A stretch of 64,000 nt of DNA from an uncultured virus (IMG/VR IMGVR_UViG_3300034071_000958) (taxonomy: Duplodnaviria; Heunggongvirae; Uroviricota; Caudoviricetes): IMG/VR virus record IMGVR_UViG_3300034071_000958; one strand, written 5' to 3'. Positions 8,988 through 19,004 of the stretch are shown one piece after another (the stretch's first letter is position 1; each line of letters begins with the position of its first letter). Made by a program: the position numbers and the translations under genes. The notes beneath the pieces were generated by a model. That model worked only from the letters and a program-made list of their open reading frames with translations. It was not told the origin of the DNA and did not search any database.

Positions 8988-11519
8988 ATGGCCGATCCAA
9001 TTATTAGGTTTAAAAGATCAGCAGTCCCTGGTAAGAAGCCAACTTTAGAGCAACTTCCTCTAGGTGAGCTAGCCATTAACACATATGACGGTAGAATTCT
9101 TTTAAAGCAGGATAGAAACGGGGTTGGGATTGGCACCAGAATTGTAGAAGCTGGTGCAGCAACAACCGCTGGTAAGACACTATTCGTTACAATGAATGGT
9201 TCGGATGATAATACTGGTCTGAACCAAATTGATTCAAAAAGGACAATTGGTGCCGCAGTTTCTGCTTCTGGTCCATATGATACGATAAGGATTTTCCCTG
9301 GAACATATGTTGAGAGTAATCCTATCAACATGTGTGATAACCTTGGAATCGAAGGTGCAGAACTTAGAAACTGTATAGTTACTCCATCTGACCCATCAAA
9401 AGATTTGTTTTATATGGGCAATGGTTGCCATATAACAAACATCAGTTTTATGGGGCAACCATCGACAAATGGTGCGGCGGTTGTTTCACTAAGACCACTA
9501 TTAGGAACTGCAGCAGACAGATATTTTGATGCTGCTCGAATGATTCGTAATAATATTGAATTTATTGCTAGAGAAACAGTAGGGTATATTACAAGCACAG
9601 ATTATAGAAATCCTGCATTCAATATCGGAATTGGAACAGTCAATAATTGTATCGAAGATATTCGTTCAATTTGGAATTGTGTTTGCCACGACATTACCAG
9701 AGGTGGCAACTCCAAGTGTGTAGGTGCAGGTAAGTCATATTACAATGGTGGTGCAATTCAACATATTGTTGGTGTAAAGACAGAAACGATTGATGCAATT
9801 CAATACTCTGCAGGCATTGTTAGATCGATTATCAATAACGCTACTTGGGGTAGTAAGTCTGCTGGTATTGGAAGTCTATCAGTTACTAATGCAACTTATG
9901 ATAGAACAACTGGTGTTACAACAATTACCGTAGCAAATCACGGACTTTTAAAGGATGATCCTGTAAAAATTATCGGTCTAGGATTTACTTGTAATTCTGG
10001 ACCTGGAACAGTCATTTATCCAGATGGTTCTTTCGGATATATTTTCCCAGTCAAGAGTGTTGTTGGAGTTAATACGTTTGAAGTTGTGGTTGGTGTATCC
10101 ACATTGGACCACTTCTATACGTCTGGTGGAACAGTTGAGAAATATACAAATTATCAGAATGAATTTACTCAGGTAAAGGATCTATCAATGCAAGCTGATC
10201 CTCTAACTGGATTTAATAATAGTGTGAATAGTTGTGCTAACGTTGTATCTGCAATTTATTCTTGCGTTGGGATTGTTACTACTATTATTGATGTCGGACT
10301 TTCTGCAAGTGGAATCAATACAAACTATCCTGGTAATAATGGTGCAATTAACTCAGGAATTCTAACATCTTCATTAAGTCCTCTGCAAGGAACTGGTCCA
10401 GTTACAAAAGGACCTTATGTTAGAAACTGCACCAACTTTATTCCTAATAGTATTGGAGCTAAAATTGATGGATTCAACTCTGAAGTAGGAGACCAAGGAG
10501 ACATTGGTATTCAGGGTGCATTCCACGTTGATTCCTATACACAATATAATCAAGGTGGAATTGGTGTTTCCATCACAAACGGTGCTTATGCTCAGTTGGT
10601 TTCTATCTTTACTATTTGTACTGACCGTGCAATTTATACTGGACAAGGCGGACAGTTAGACCTTACAAACTCTAACTCTTCATTTGGTAGAGAAGGTCTT
10701 GTATCTGAAGGTGTGGGTGATGAAACTACAAAATCAACTGATAGATATACCGCAGGACTTACAACCCTGACAACAAGGGGTGATAATGTTGTCGTTCTCT
10801 CTGGGGTTGGTACATTCAGACCTTATTCTGGACAATCAGTTTATTTTGATAAGAAGTATTACTCAGTTCAGTCCGCAACAGTTACAAATCCTGGAGCAGG
10901 ATATTCAACACCACCTTTGGTTACTGTTACTGCACCAACTGGTCCTGGTAACGCAATTCCTGCTCAGCTTACTGCAAATCTTAATTCTCTTGGTGGAGTT
11001 GATAGTATTAACATACTTACAACTGGATTCCAGTATGAGTTAGATAGTCCTCCAGTAATTACAATTGCTGCCCCTGTTGGTGGTGGAGTAACAGCAACTG
11101 CAGAACCAGTGCTATCTCCAATTTATTATTTGATTGATTCTGCAACTCTTCCATCATCTGGAATCACAACAGTCTCTCTGGTACAGAATCTAAATAATGA
11201 TGTTGGAGCAGGATTAACTGCATATTTTGCTAGACAAAGTTTGCAAATCGCTTCTTCACATTCTTTTGAGTATATTGGTGCTGGAAATGCAATTGAAACT
11301 GCAAGACCTTCTAAGGGTGGAGTGACAGTTCAAGAAAATGAAGTTGTAAAGATTGATGGTGGTGAGGTCATTTATACGAGCACTGACCAAGATGGTAACT
11401 TCAGAATTGGTGATGGTGTTATAATCGACCAAACTACAGGAACAATTTCTGGAGCAATTTATGTTAAGAGTTTGTTCAGTCAGGTTACCCCATTCATTCT
11501 AGCTCTAGGAGGAGATTAA
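8988..11519 (+). CDS. Virion structural protein with probable beta-helix (pectin-lyase-like) region
   Basis: N-terminal IRFKRS..GELAINTYDG fibre-type motif; LFVTMNGSDDNTG..RTIGAA; PYVRNCT; DSYTQYNQGGIG. Late promoter TATAAATA at 8931. Confidence 0.7.
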   Translation: MADPIIRFKRSAVPGKKPTLEQLPLGELAINTYDGRILLKQDRNGVGIGTRIVEAGAATTAGKTLFVTMNGSDDNTGLNQIDSKRTIGAAVSASGPYDTIRIFPGTYVESNPINMCDNLGIEGAELRNCIVTPSDPSKDLFYMGNGCHITNISFMGQPSTNGAAVVSLRPLLGTAADRYFDAARMIRNNIEFIARETVGYITSTDYRNPAFNIGIGTVNNCIEDIRSIWNCVCHDITRGGNSKCVGAGKSYYNGGAIQHIVGVKTETIDAIQYSAGIVRSIINNATWGSKSAGIGSLSVTNATYDRTTGVTTITVANHGLLKDDPVKIIGLGFTCNSGPGTVIYPDGSFGYIFPVKSVVGVNTFEVVVGVSTLDHFYTSGGTVEKYTNYQNEFTQVKDLSMQADPLTGFNNSVNSCANVVSAIYSCVGIVTTIIDVGLSASGINTNYPGNNGAINSGILTSSLSPLQGTGPVTKGPYVRNCTNFIPNSIGAKIDGFNSEVGDQGDIGIQGAFHVDSYTQYNQGGIGVSITNGAYAQLVSIFTICTDRAIYTGQGGQLDLTNSNSSFGREGLVSEGVGDETTKSTDRYTAGLTTLTTRGDNVVVLSGVGTFRPYSGQSVYFDKKYYSVQSATVTNPGAGYSTPPLVTVTAPTGPGNAIPAQLTANLNSLGGVDSINILTTGFQYELDSPPVITIAAPVGGGVTATAEPVLSPIYYLIDSATLPSSGITTVSLVQNLNNDVGAGLTAYFARQSLQIASSHSFEYIGAGNAIETARPSKGGVTVQENEVVKIDGGEVIYTSTDQDGNFRIGDGVIIDQTTGTISGAIYVKSLFSQVTPFILALGGD

Positions 11520-11523
11520 TTAA

Positions 11524-11865
11524 ATGGCAGCAGCATCGGCAGCAGTAAATACTTTTCAGACGGTAACACAAACCGTAGGAACTTCAAACGCAGTAGTTTA
11601 TACTGCTCCTGTTGGATACACAGGAGTAGTTCTTTTGGCTCAATGCACAAATATGGGAGCTACGACTTATACAATGACATTAAATTTCCGCAGAGATGGA
11701 TCTGACACTCCTTTAATTAAGGATATTCCTATTGCACCTAATGACACTGTTAATCTACTTGCAGGAAAATTAGTATTAGAAACTGGAGACTCTCTGGTTA
11801 CCTCTGGTAGTAATGCAACGAATTTGAAATTTTTAACTAGTATTCTAGAAACTTCTAACCTCTAA
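11524..11865 (+). CDS. Small structural protein, paralog of 55540-56202
   Basis: VYTAPVGYTGVVLLAQCTN...KDIPIAPND..GKLVLE..SILETS. Confidence 0.65.
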   Translation: MAAASAAVNTFQTVTQTVGTSNAVVYTAPVGYTGVVLLAQCTNMGATTYTMTLNFRRDGSDTPLIKDIPIAPNDTVNLLAGKLVLETGDSLVTSGSNATNLKFLTSILETSNL

Positions 11866-11878
11866 TTCGTAGAATAAA

Positions 11879-14800
11879 ATGGCAGGTCCAATAAGATATC
11901 TCAGCGGTAGAAACGAACTTGTACGCATTGGTATTCCTGATTATACCGAAAGTAGATCAGTATTACAAATAACTGGTAGAGTCGGTATTGGCACAACCAA
12001 TGCAACTAGTGACTTGTATGTTAAAGGTGGTGCAGAAATCACTGGTATTGTTACCGCTAGTTCTTTTGTTGGATCTTTTGAGGGTGAAGCAACAACTGCT
12101 GGATATGCAAAGACAGCAGGTGTCTCTACATATGCTTCTTCTGCTGGAATTGCAACTTATACTCCTACCGCAGGATTCTCAACGTATTCTGGTCAAGCAG
12201 GTTTCTCCACTTATTCTGAAGTTTCTGGAATCGCTACATTTTCTGATTATGCGACTTCTGCTGGTGTAGCAACTTATGCCGCTTCTGCTGGCGTAGCAAC
12301 TTATGCACCAAAGGCTGGATTCTCTACATATTCTGGTCAAGCTGGGTTTTCAACCTACGCACAAATTTCTGGAATCTCTACGTTTTCTGGTTATGCCACA
12401 AATGCAGGTGTGGCAACCTATGCTTTTGTAGCTGGTGTATCTACATATTCGGGCCAAGCAGGATTCTCAACGTATTCTGAAGTTGCTGGCATTGCAACAT
12501 ACGCTGAGGTTGCTGGTATTGCAACTTATGCTCCCCTATCTGGAATTTCAACTTCTGTTATTGGTGGAATTGCAGATCTGACAAGACTGTCAGTAAGTGG
12601 AGTATCCACTCTAGGTGGTGGTCTTACTGTAAGTAAGGCACTAGATGCACAGAATATTTTTGTATCTGGTCTAAGCACATTCTCTGGCAACGTATCATTT
12701 GGTGCCTCTGCATACTTTGGTGATAATGATAGATTGTATTTTGGAAACACTCCATCTTTGGATATTTATCATTCATCTGGTCAATCCTACATTAGGGATA
12801 TTGGTGCTGGTAATTTAAGATTGGAAACTAATGGTGCTGCAGTTGTTATTGCAACCACTGAGGGTGAAACTATGGGTTCATTCATAAGGAATGGATCAGT
12901 AGAACTCTATTACGATAATTCCAAAAAGTTAGAAACTGTTGCAACTGGTTCGACTGTTTATGGAACTCAGTTTGCCAATCAACTTTCAATTACTGGTGTT
13001 TCAACATTTGCTGATAATCTTGATATTGGTGATAACGAACTAAGATTTGACTATGGGGTAGCAACTCCTACTGGGTCAATCATTAGAACTTCTGTAGTAT
13101 CAAAGGATGTTGATATTTTCAGAGTCAATGGTCTTGCTAATGGTATAAGTGGAAATAGTGCAGACTATGGATTTAATATTAAGTATTTTGGAACAAGAGG
13201 TGGTAACAATAAGTCTTTATCTATTTTATCTGATAACCAAACTGGGGCTCAAGTAGAAGCAATTTCAATTCTTCAGGATGGAAAAGTTGGTATTGGCACA
13301 AGCCTTGCAACTACAGAACTTGATGTTTATGGAGAAGTAAGAACTCAAGATCTTACTGTTCTTTCTAATGCAACTTTTGCTGGAGTAAGTATTTCTGATG
13401 CCCTTGGAGGATCTCTTAATGTAACTGGTATTGCCACATTCGGAACAGACATCTATGTCGGTCAATACATTTATCGCTATCAAGATATTTCTGATGATAC
13501 TTTTATTAGATTAACGGAAGATAGAATCAGAATCAATGCTGGTGGAGTTCAATTAGTTGATATTTTTGAAGGAGCACAAGATTATGTAAAACTTGGAGAT
13601 GGATCTGATGTTGATATCAACTTAAATGATGATGTATTCGTTGAAGGTTTGACTGGTTATGTTGGTATTAATACAACATTACCATCTAGACATTTAGATG
13701 TTGCTGGTGCAATCAGACTTCAGGGAGCACTTTACGATAAGAATAATCAAGCTGGAACAAGTGGTCAGGTTCTTATCTCAACTGCAGATGGCATTGATTG
13801 GGTAGATGGTGCTCCTGCAAATGCAATCACAGGTATTACAATTCAAGATGAAGGTGTTCAGGTAGGAACTCTTGGAGCTGTAACGATTGTCAATTTCGTT
13901 GGTAGTGGAATTACTGCCAGCTCTTCTGGAAATATTTCAACAATCACTGTTCAGGCAACCACTGCTGCAGGTAGTAACCAGCAAGTCCAATATAATGATA
14001 ACGGAATTTTTGCTGGTGCTGCAACTCTTGTTTATGATTCTGCAGCAAATCGTGTTGGTGTTGGAACCAATGTGATGAACAGAACCCTCACCGTAAATGG
14101 TGAGGCTGGAATTTCAAGTAATGTTTATGGTTATCGTTTCTTTGCAACTGAGACCATTCCAAGTGCAACCAATGAACTTGTAACGAAGAACTATCTGGAC
14201 AACTTCCAGTCTGCGATTACAATTCAGAAGTCTGTGTCTGTTGCAACGACTTCAAATCTTTCTTCATATTATGATAATGGTTTTGCTGGAGTTGGAGCAA
14301 AGCTGTGGGGTGTTGGGATTGGAACACTTATAGTTGATGGTGTTACATCTATATTTGATGAAAGAATTCTTGTTAAAGATCAAACGAATTTATTTGAAAA
14401 TGGTATTTACAACATCACAAGAGCTGGTAGTGGATCTACTTCTTGGGAATTAGTCAGAGATGCAAATTATGATGAAGATGCTGAAATTGCTCCTGGTGAC
14501 TTTACATTCATTGGTGATGGTGTAATTAATGGCGGCACTGGTTGGGTTCATATCACAAGGGGTAATGTCGGTGTTGGTACATCGGCATTAGAATGGACAC
14601 AATTCACAGCTCCAACTCAAACTCTTGCTGGTGCTGGTCTTTATAATAGTCTTGTCACTGAACTGGCTGTCGGTACAGCAAGTACATCAAGAATTGTTGT
14701 TAATGCTGACGATATTGATTTAGCAACTGTTGCAACTTCTAAGTCTTCACTAACAAGCGGTGATACTTCTTTTGTTACTCAAATTAATGTTGATTCTTAT

Positions 14801-17800
14801 GGAAGAGTAACTGGCGTTATTACAAGCAATACTCATACATTTGCAACTGATACTACAAAAGGTATTGCTGCATTTGATGCAACTAATTTAACGGTTTCTT
14901 CGGGAATTGTATCTGTTGCTCAAACTCCAAAACTCACTGGAGTAAATGTCAGTGGAATCAGCACTCTTGGAATTACAACAACTACAGTATTACATGCTTC
15001 ACAGTTTAGTTCTGCTGGATTAATTACTGCCTTTAGTGGAGTTGCATTTAAGGGACCACTTTATGATACTGTTAATCAAGTTGGAACAACGACTTCAGTT
15101 CTTACCTCTACAGGAGTTGGAGTAACCTGGTCGCTGATTGAAGAAGTTGCTCTCCAAGGTCGCCAGGGTGTTCAAGGTGTCCAAGGCACTCAAGGTGTTC
15201 AGGGTGTTCAAGGCGTTCAAGGTCAGCAGGGTCTTCAAGGTCGTCAGGGTGTCCAAGGCACTCAAGGAACCCAAGGTACTCAGGGTGTTCAAGGTATTCA
15301 GGGTGAGCAAGGTACTCAAGGTGTTCAAGGTATTCAGGGTGAGCAAGGAACTCAGGGTATTACTGGCGCTCAAGGTGTTCAGGGCGTTCAAGGCACTCAA
15401 GGTCGTCAAGGTATCCAAGGTGTTCAAGGTACTCAAGGTACTCAAGGTACTCAAGGCATCCAAGGCGTTCAGGGTGAGCAAGGTACTCAGGGTATTCAGG
15501 GTACTCAAGGTATTCAAGGAACTCAGGGTCGTCAGGGAATCCAGGGTGTTCAAGGAACTCAAGGTGAGCAGGGTCTTCAAGGCGAACAAGGAACTCAAGG
15601 TCTTCAGGGTCGCCAAGGTATTCAGGGTCGCCAAGGTATTCAGGGTGATGTAGGTACTCAAGGAACTGATGGTGCTCAAGGTGTTCAGGGTCGTCAAGGT
15701 GTTCAGGGTGTTCAAGGTCGCCAAGGTACTCAAGGAACAGTAGGAGACCAAGGAACTCAAGGCATTCAGGGTGAGCAGGGAGTACAGGGGACACAAGGTA
15801 TTCAAGGATATCAAGGTATCCAAGGTATTTCTGGAAACAAGGGTGGTGTTAATTATCAATTTAGTACAACTACAACAAATTCTGACCCAGGCACTGGATT
15901 CATCAGGTATAACAGCGGAACAATTGGATCAGTAAATGCAATTTATATTGATAACCAAGATTATTATTCAAACTTACAAACTGGTTGGTATGGAATCTGG
16001 GATGATTCAACAAGTACTGTCAAGGGATACTTAGTAATTACATCAGCTTCTCCAACTGGAACAATAGTTAATGTATGGCAAATTGATTCAGTAACTAATA
16101 GTACTGGTTACTATACTATTGGTGTTACCTTTATTTCTGGAACTTTACCTTCTAACAATGAACTACTTTCTGTAGAATTTAGTAGAACAGGTGATCTTGG
16201 TCAGCAAGGAATTCAAGGTGTCCAAGGCACACAAGGTCGTCAAGGTATTCAGGGTATTCAAGGTAATTTTGGAGAACAAGGTGTTCAGGGAACTCAGGGG
16301 ACACAAGGTGAGCAAGGTATCCAGGGTGTTCAAGGAAGACAGGGGGCTCAAGGAATCCAAGGTGAGCAAGGCACTCAAGGTCGTCAAGGTATTCAAGGTG
16401 TTCAAGGTGTTCAGGGTCTATTAGGTACTCAAGGTACAGTAGGTCAGCAGGGAACACAAGGAACCACTGGTGGTCAGGGTATTCAGGGCATCCAAGGAAC
16501 GACTGGTCAGCAGGGTGCTCAAGGTATTAAAGGTGAGCAAGGTGTTCAGGGAATTACAGGTGCCCAAGGAACCACAGGAGCTCAAGGTATTCAAGGATTC
16601 CAAGGTGTAACAGGTTCTCAAGGAACAGTTGGAACTCAGGGTACAGTTGGTGGTCAGGGTATTCAAGGAACTCAAGGTGTTCAAGGTGTTCAAGGTGATC
16701 AAGGTATTCAGGGTCGCCAGGGTCTTCAGGGTATCACTGGAGATACTGGAGCTCAGGGTGTTCAAGGTCGCCAAGGTACTCAGGGAACTGATGGTTCTCA
16801 AGGATTCCAAGGTGTTCAAGGTCGTCAAGGCACACAAGGAACTACTGGTGAGCAGGGTGTTCAAGGTGTTCAGGGAACACTTGGAAATCAAGGTGTTCAG
16901 GGTATTCAAGGCGTCTTAGGTGCTCAAGGAACTGCTGGTGCAAATGGCACCCAAGGTTCTCAAGGATTACAAGGCAGACAGGGTATTGATGGTGCAACTG
17001 GTGCTCAGGGTGTTCAAGGTCGTCAAGGAATCCAGGGAGTTCAAGGAACTCAGGGTATTCAGGGACAGACTGGAACTCAAGGTACTCAGGGTATTCAGGG
17101 ACAGACTGGAACTCAAGGTACTCAGGGTATTCAGGGTATTTCTGGAACTTTGGGAACTCAGGGTGCTCAAGGTATTCAGGGTAGGCAAGGTATTCAAGGC
17201 ACAACTGGAACACAAGGAACCACTGGTTCTCAAGGAACGCAAGGAACCACTGGTTCTCAAGGAGTACAAGGTATTACTGGAACTCGTGGTGGTTCCGATT
17301 GGACTCCTGTTCTTGTTAATGTAACTCAATCTACTACAGACTCTTCAACATTCACAAAGACTGGTGGCACAAACGCTTCTTGGGATTCCTCAGTCTATTC
17401 TGTTCAGGGATATGTTCTTGGTGTCTATGCAACCGCAAGAATATCTTCAACAACTGGTTTTGCAATGTTTGGTCTTAACTCAGACCCAACAACTGATACT
17501 AGTTTCTCATCGATTGATTATGCTTTCTACTTTGATAATGGAACAGTCTCAATTTATGAGGGTGGAACTTCTGTTTATTCGTCAGGAACATACACTGCTA
17601 CGGATACTGCATACGTTCTTTATGATGGAACAACCGTTCGCTATTATCTGAATGGAACTCTACTGAGACAAGTTAATCGCTCTCCAGGAAGTGCTTTATT
17701 CCTTGATAGCTCAATTTATACTTCAAACCTTGCATTCAATAATCTTGCCTTTGGACCTATGGGTTCGCAAGGTATTCAAGGTGTTCAGGGTACTCAGGGT

Positions 17801-19000
17801 ATTACTGGTGCTCAAGGTATCCAAGGAATTACAGGTCCTCAAGGGACTCAAGGTATTCAGGGTCGGCAGGGAATTCAAGGTTTTCAGGGGACCACAGGAC
17901 CTCAGGGTATTCAAGGTAATAATGGAACTCAAGGAACTCAGGGCACTCAAGGTCTAATTGGACCTTCGAATGCAATTCTATCGATAGATGATACTTCGAC
18001 CACGACTCTATATCCTGTCATGGTCTCAACTCTTGGGTCTAATGCAACACCTAAGAGTAGATCAACTGCGACTGCATTTGCGTTTAATGCAAGCACTAAT
18101 GTTTTGAGTGTTGCTAACATTGCTGCATCAAACCACTATGACTTCACTGGAACTTACAATATTAACTTAGGTTCTGGTGGCACTGAAGGTCGTGGTCTTG
18201 TCGCTGGTTATTCTGGTGGTTCTTATGGTGGTATTGGTTATAACGTAAGGCATACTACAACTAGTGGATCTTATATTGCTCCAGGAACCGATACCTCCTC
18301 ATATTTACTATTCAACCAAGGATTTACATTCTATAATGCTGCTGCAGGATCTGCTGGTAGATCACTTTCTTACACAACACTTGGTTTATTAACTTCTTCT
18401 GGTAATTTTGGGCAACCTGTAGGTGGATCTTTCCATAGAGTCGCATATACTTCAGCGGATAATAGTTACTCTGGAACCTTCTGGTGGAATGGTATTGCTT
18501 TTGGAAATAATGGTGACAACTACCTTGTTGCTGGTAGAACAGCAGTTGGAGGTAGATTTAGATTCTATACAAACAACACAAGTGATATTACAAGCAATAC
18601 AACTCCAGGGGGAACTCTTGCAGTTACCATGGATAATGCTGGTGATACTATTATTGAACAAAATATCCAACTCAAGAATAGACTTCGTGATGGAACAAAC
18701 AGTGCAGGAACTTCAGGACAACTTCTATCCTCAACGGGAACGGGAACCGTTTGGGTAAATAATACGGGCACAAACGCCTATCATTATTTGGCTATAAATA
18801 CTGATAAGAATGATGTTTCTGATTATGGAAACCTCAGATTGACTGCAATTACAGGTTCTGATACTTATGAAGCAAATGACACTAACCCACTTGTTCGTGA
18901 TACAAGAGCACCAATCCTTGCCGATTTCTTTGCTCTTACAGCATCCATATCAATGTCCATCAGTTCGACTGGATACTTACAAGTAACGACAGCGGTATAA
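11879..19000 (+). CDS. Giant tail fibre with collagen-like Gly-X-Gln triple-helix segments
   Basis: 2373 aa. Three G-X-Q tracts, several VGIGT fibre motifs, 9-aa AGxxTY repeats, and an ERILVKDQT..ENGIY fibre domain. Confidence 0.85.
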   Translation: MAGPIRYLSGRNELVRIGIPDYTESRSVLQITGRVGIGTTNATSDLYVKGGAEITGIVTASSFVGSFEGEATTAGYAKTAGVSTYASSAGIATYTPTAGFSTYSGQAGFSTYSEVSGIATFSDYATSAGVATYAASAGVATYAPKAGFSTYSGQAGFSTYAQISGISTFSGYATNAGVATYAFVAGVSTYSGQAGFSTYSEVAGIATYAEVAGIATYAPLSGISTSVIGGIADLTRLSVSGVSTLGGGLTVSKALDAQNIFVSGLSTFSGNVSFGASAYFGDNDRLYFGNTPSLDIYHSSGQSYIRDIGAGNLRLETNGAAVVIATTEGETMGSFIRNGSVELYYDNSKKLETVATGSTVYGTQFANQLSITGVSTFADNLDIGDNELRFDYGVATPTGSIIRTSVVSKDVDIFRVNGLANGISGNSADYGFNIKYFGTRGGNNKSLSILSDNQTGAQVEAISILQDGKVGIGTSLATTELDVYGEVRTQDLTVLSNATFAGVSISDALGGSLNVTGIATFGTDIYVGQYIYRYQDISDDTFIRLTEDRIRINAGGVQLVDIFEGAQDYVKLGDGSDVDINLNDDVFVEGLTGYVGINTTLPSRHLDVAGAIRLQGALYDKNNQAGTSGQVLISTADGIDWVDGAPANAITGITIQDEGVQVGTLGAVTIVNFVGSGITASSSGNISTITVQATTAAGSNQQVQYNDNGIFAGAATLVYDSAANRVGVGTNVMNRTLTVNGEAGISSNVYGYRFFATETIPSATNELVTKNYLDNFQSAITIQKSVSVATTSNLSSYYDNGFAGVGAKLWGVGIGTLIVDGVTSIFDERILVKDQTNLFENGIYNITRAGSGSTSWELVRDANYDEDAEIAPGDFTFIGDGVINGGTGWVHITRGNVGVGTSALEWTQFTAPTQTLAGAGLYNSLVTELAVGTASTSRIVVNADDIDLATVATSKSSLTSGDTSFVTQINVDSYGRVTGVITSNTHTFATDTTKGIAAFDATNLTVSSGIVSVAQTPKLTGVNVSGISTLGITTTTVLHASQFSSAGLITAFSGVAFKGPLYDTVNQVGTTTSVLTSTGVGVTWSLIEEVALQGRQGVQGVQGTQGVQGVQGVQGQQGLQGRQGVQGTQGTQGTQGVQGIQGEQGTQGVQGIQGEQGTQGITGAQGVQGVQGTQGRQGIQGVQGTQGTQGTQGIQGVQGEQGTQGIQGTQGIQGTQGRQGIQGVQGTQGEQGLQGEQGTQGLQGRQGIQGRQGIQGDVGTQGTDGAQGVQGRQGVQGVQGRQGTQGTVGDQGTQGIQGEQGVQGTQGIQGYQGIQGISGNKGGVNYQFSTTTTNSDPGTGFIRYNSGTIGSVNAIYIDNQDYYSNLQTGWYGIWDDSTSTVKGYLVITSASPTGTIVNVWQIDSVTNSTGYYTIGVTFISGTLPSNNELLSVEFSRTGDLGQQGIQGVQGTQGRQGIQGIQGNFGEQGVQGTQGTQGEQGIQGVQGRQGAQGIQGEQGTQGRQGIQGVQGVQGLLGTQGTVGQQGTQGTTGGQGIQGIQGTTGQQGAQGIKGEQGVQGITGAQGTTGAQGIQGFQGVTGSQGTVGTQGTVGGQGIQGTQGVQGVQGDQGIQGRQGLQGITGDTGAQGVQGRQGTQGTDGSQGFQGVQGRQGTQGTTGEQGVQGVQGTLGNQGVQGIQGVLGAQGTAGANGTQGSQGLQGRQGIDGATGAQGVQGRQGIQGVQGTQGIQGQTGTQGTQGIQGQTGTQGTQGIQGISGTLGTQGAQGIQGRQGIQGTTGTQGTTGSQGTQGTTGSQGVQGITGTRGGSDWTPVLVNVTQSTTDSSTFTKTGGTNASWDSSVYSVQGYVLGVYATARISSTTGFAMFGLNSDPTTDTSFSSIDYAFYFDNGTVSIYEGGTSVYSSGTYTATDTAYVLYDGTTVRYYLNGTLLRQVNRSPGSALFLDSSIYTSNLAFNNLAFGPMGSQGIQGVQGTQGITGAQGIQGITGPQGTQGIQGRQGIQGFQGTTGPQGIQGNNGTQGTQGTQGLIGPSNAILSIDDTSTTTLYPVMVSTLGSNATPKSRSTATAFAFNASTNVLSVANIAASNHYDFTGTYNINLGSGGTEGRGLVAGYSGGSYGGIGYNVRHTTTSGSYIAPGTDTSSYLLFNQGFTFYNAAAGSAGRSLSYTTLGLLTSSGNFGQPVGGSFHRVAYTSADNSYSGTFWWNGIAFGNNGDNYLVAGRTAVGGRFRFYTNNTSDITSNTTPGGTLAVTMDNAGDTIIEQNIQLKNRLRDGTNSAGTSGQLLSSTGTGTVWVNNTGTNAYHYLAINTDKNDVSDYGNLRLTAITGSDTYEANDTNPLVRDTRAPILADFFALTASISMSISSTGYLQVTTAV
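12090..12560 (+). repeat. Degenerate 27-nt (9-aa) coding tandem repeat AG(I/V/F)(A/S)TYxxx
   Basis: e.g. AGVSTYASS AGIATYTPT AGFSTYSGQ AGFSTYSEV; boundaries approximate. Confidence 0.8.
15155..15840 (+). repeat. Collagen-like 9-nt-period repeat (CAA/CAG-GGN-NNN), tract 1
   Basis: Continuous QG(V/T/I/R/E) triplets. Confidence 0.95.
16199..17290 (+). repeat. Collagen-like repeat, tract 2
   Basis: Continuous G-X-Q/T triplets, including an exact 36-nt tandem duplication near 17047-17118. Confidence 0.95.
17762..17960 (+). repeat. Collagen-like repeat, tract 3
   Basis: GSQGIQGVQGTQ...GTQGLIG. Confidence 0.9.
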
Positions 19001-19004
19001 TAAT

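Noticed and set aside
15095..17957. Many long alternative-frame and antisense ORFs (TLNTL..., KVFKV..., EYLEHL...)
   Set aside because: Shadows of the 9-nt collagen periodicity, which lacks stops in other frames; no RBS or promoter support.
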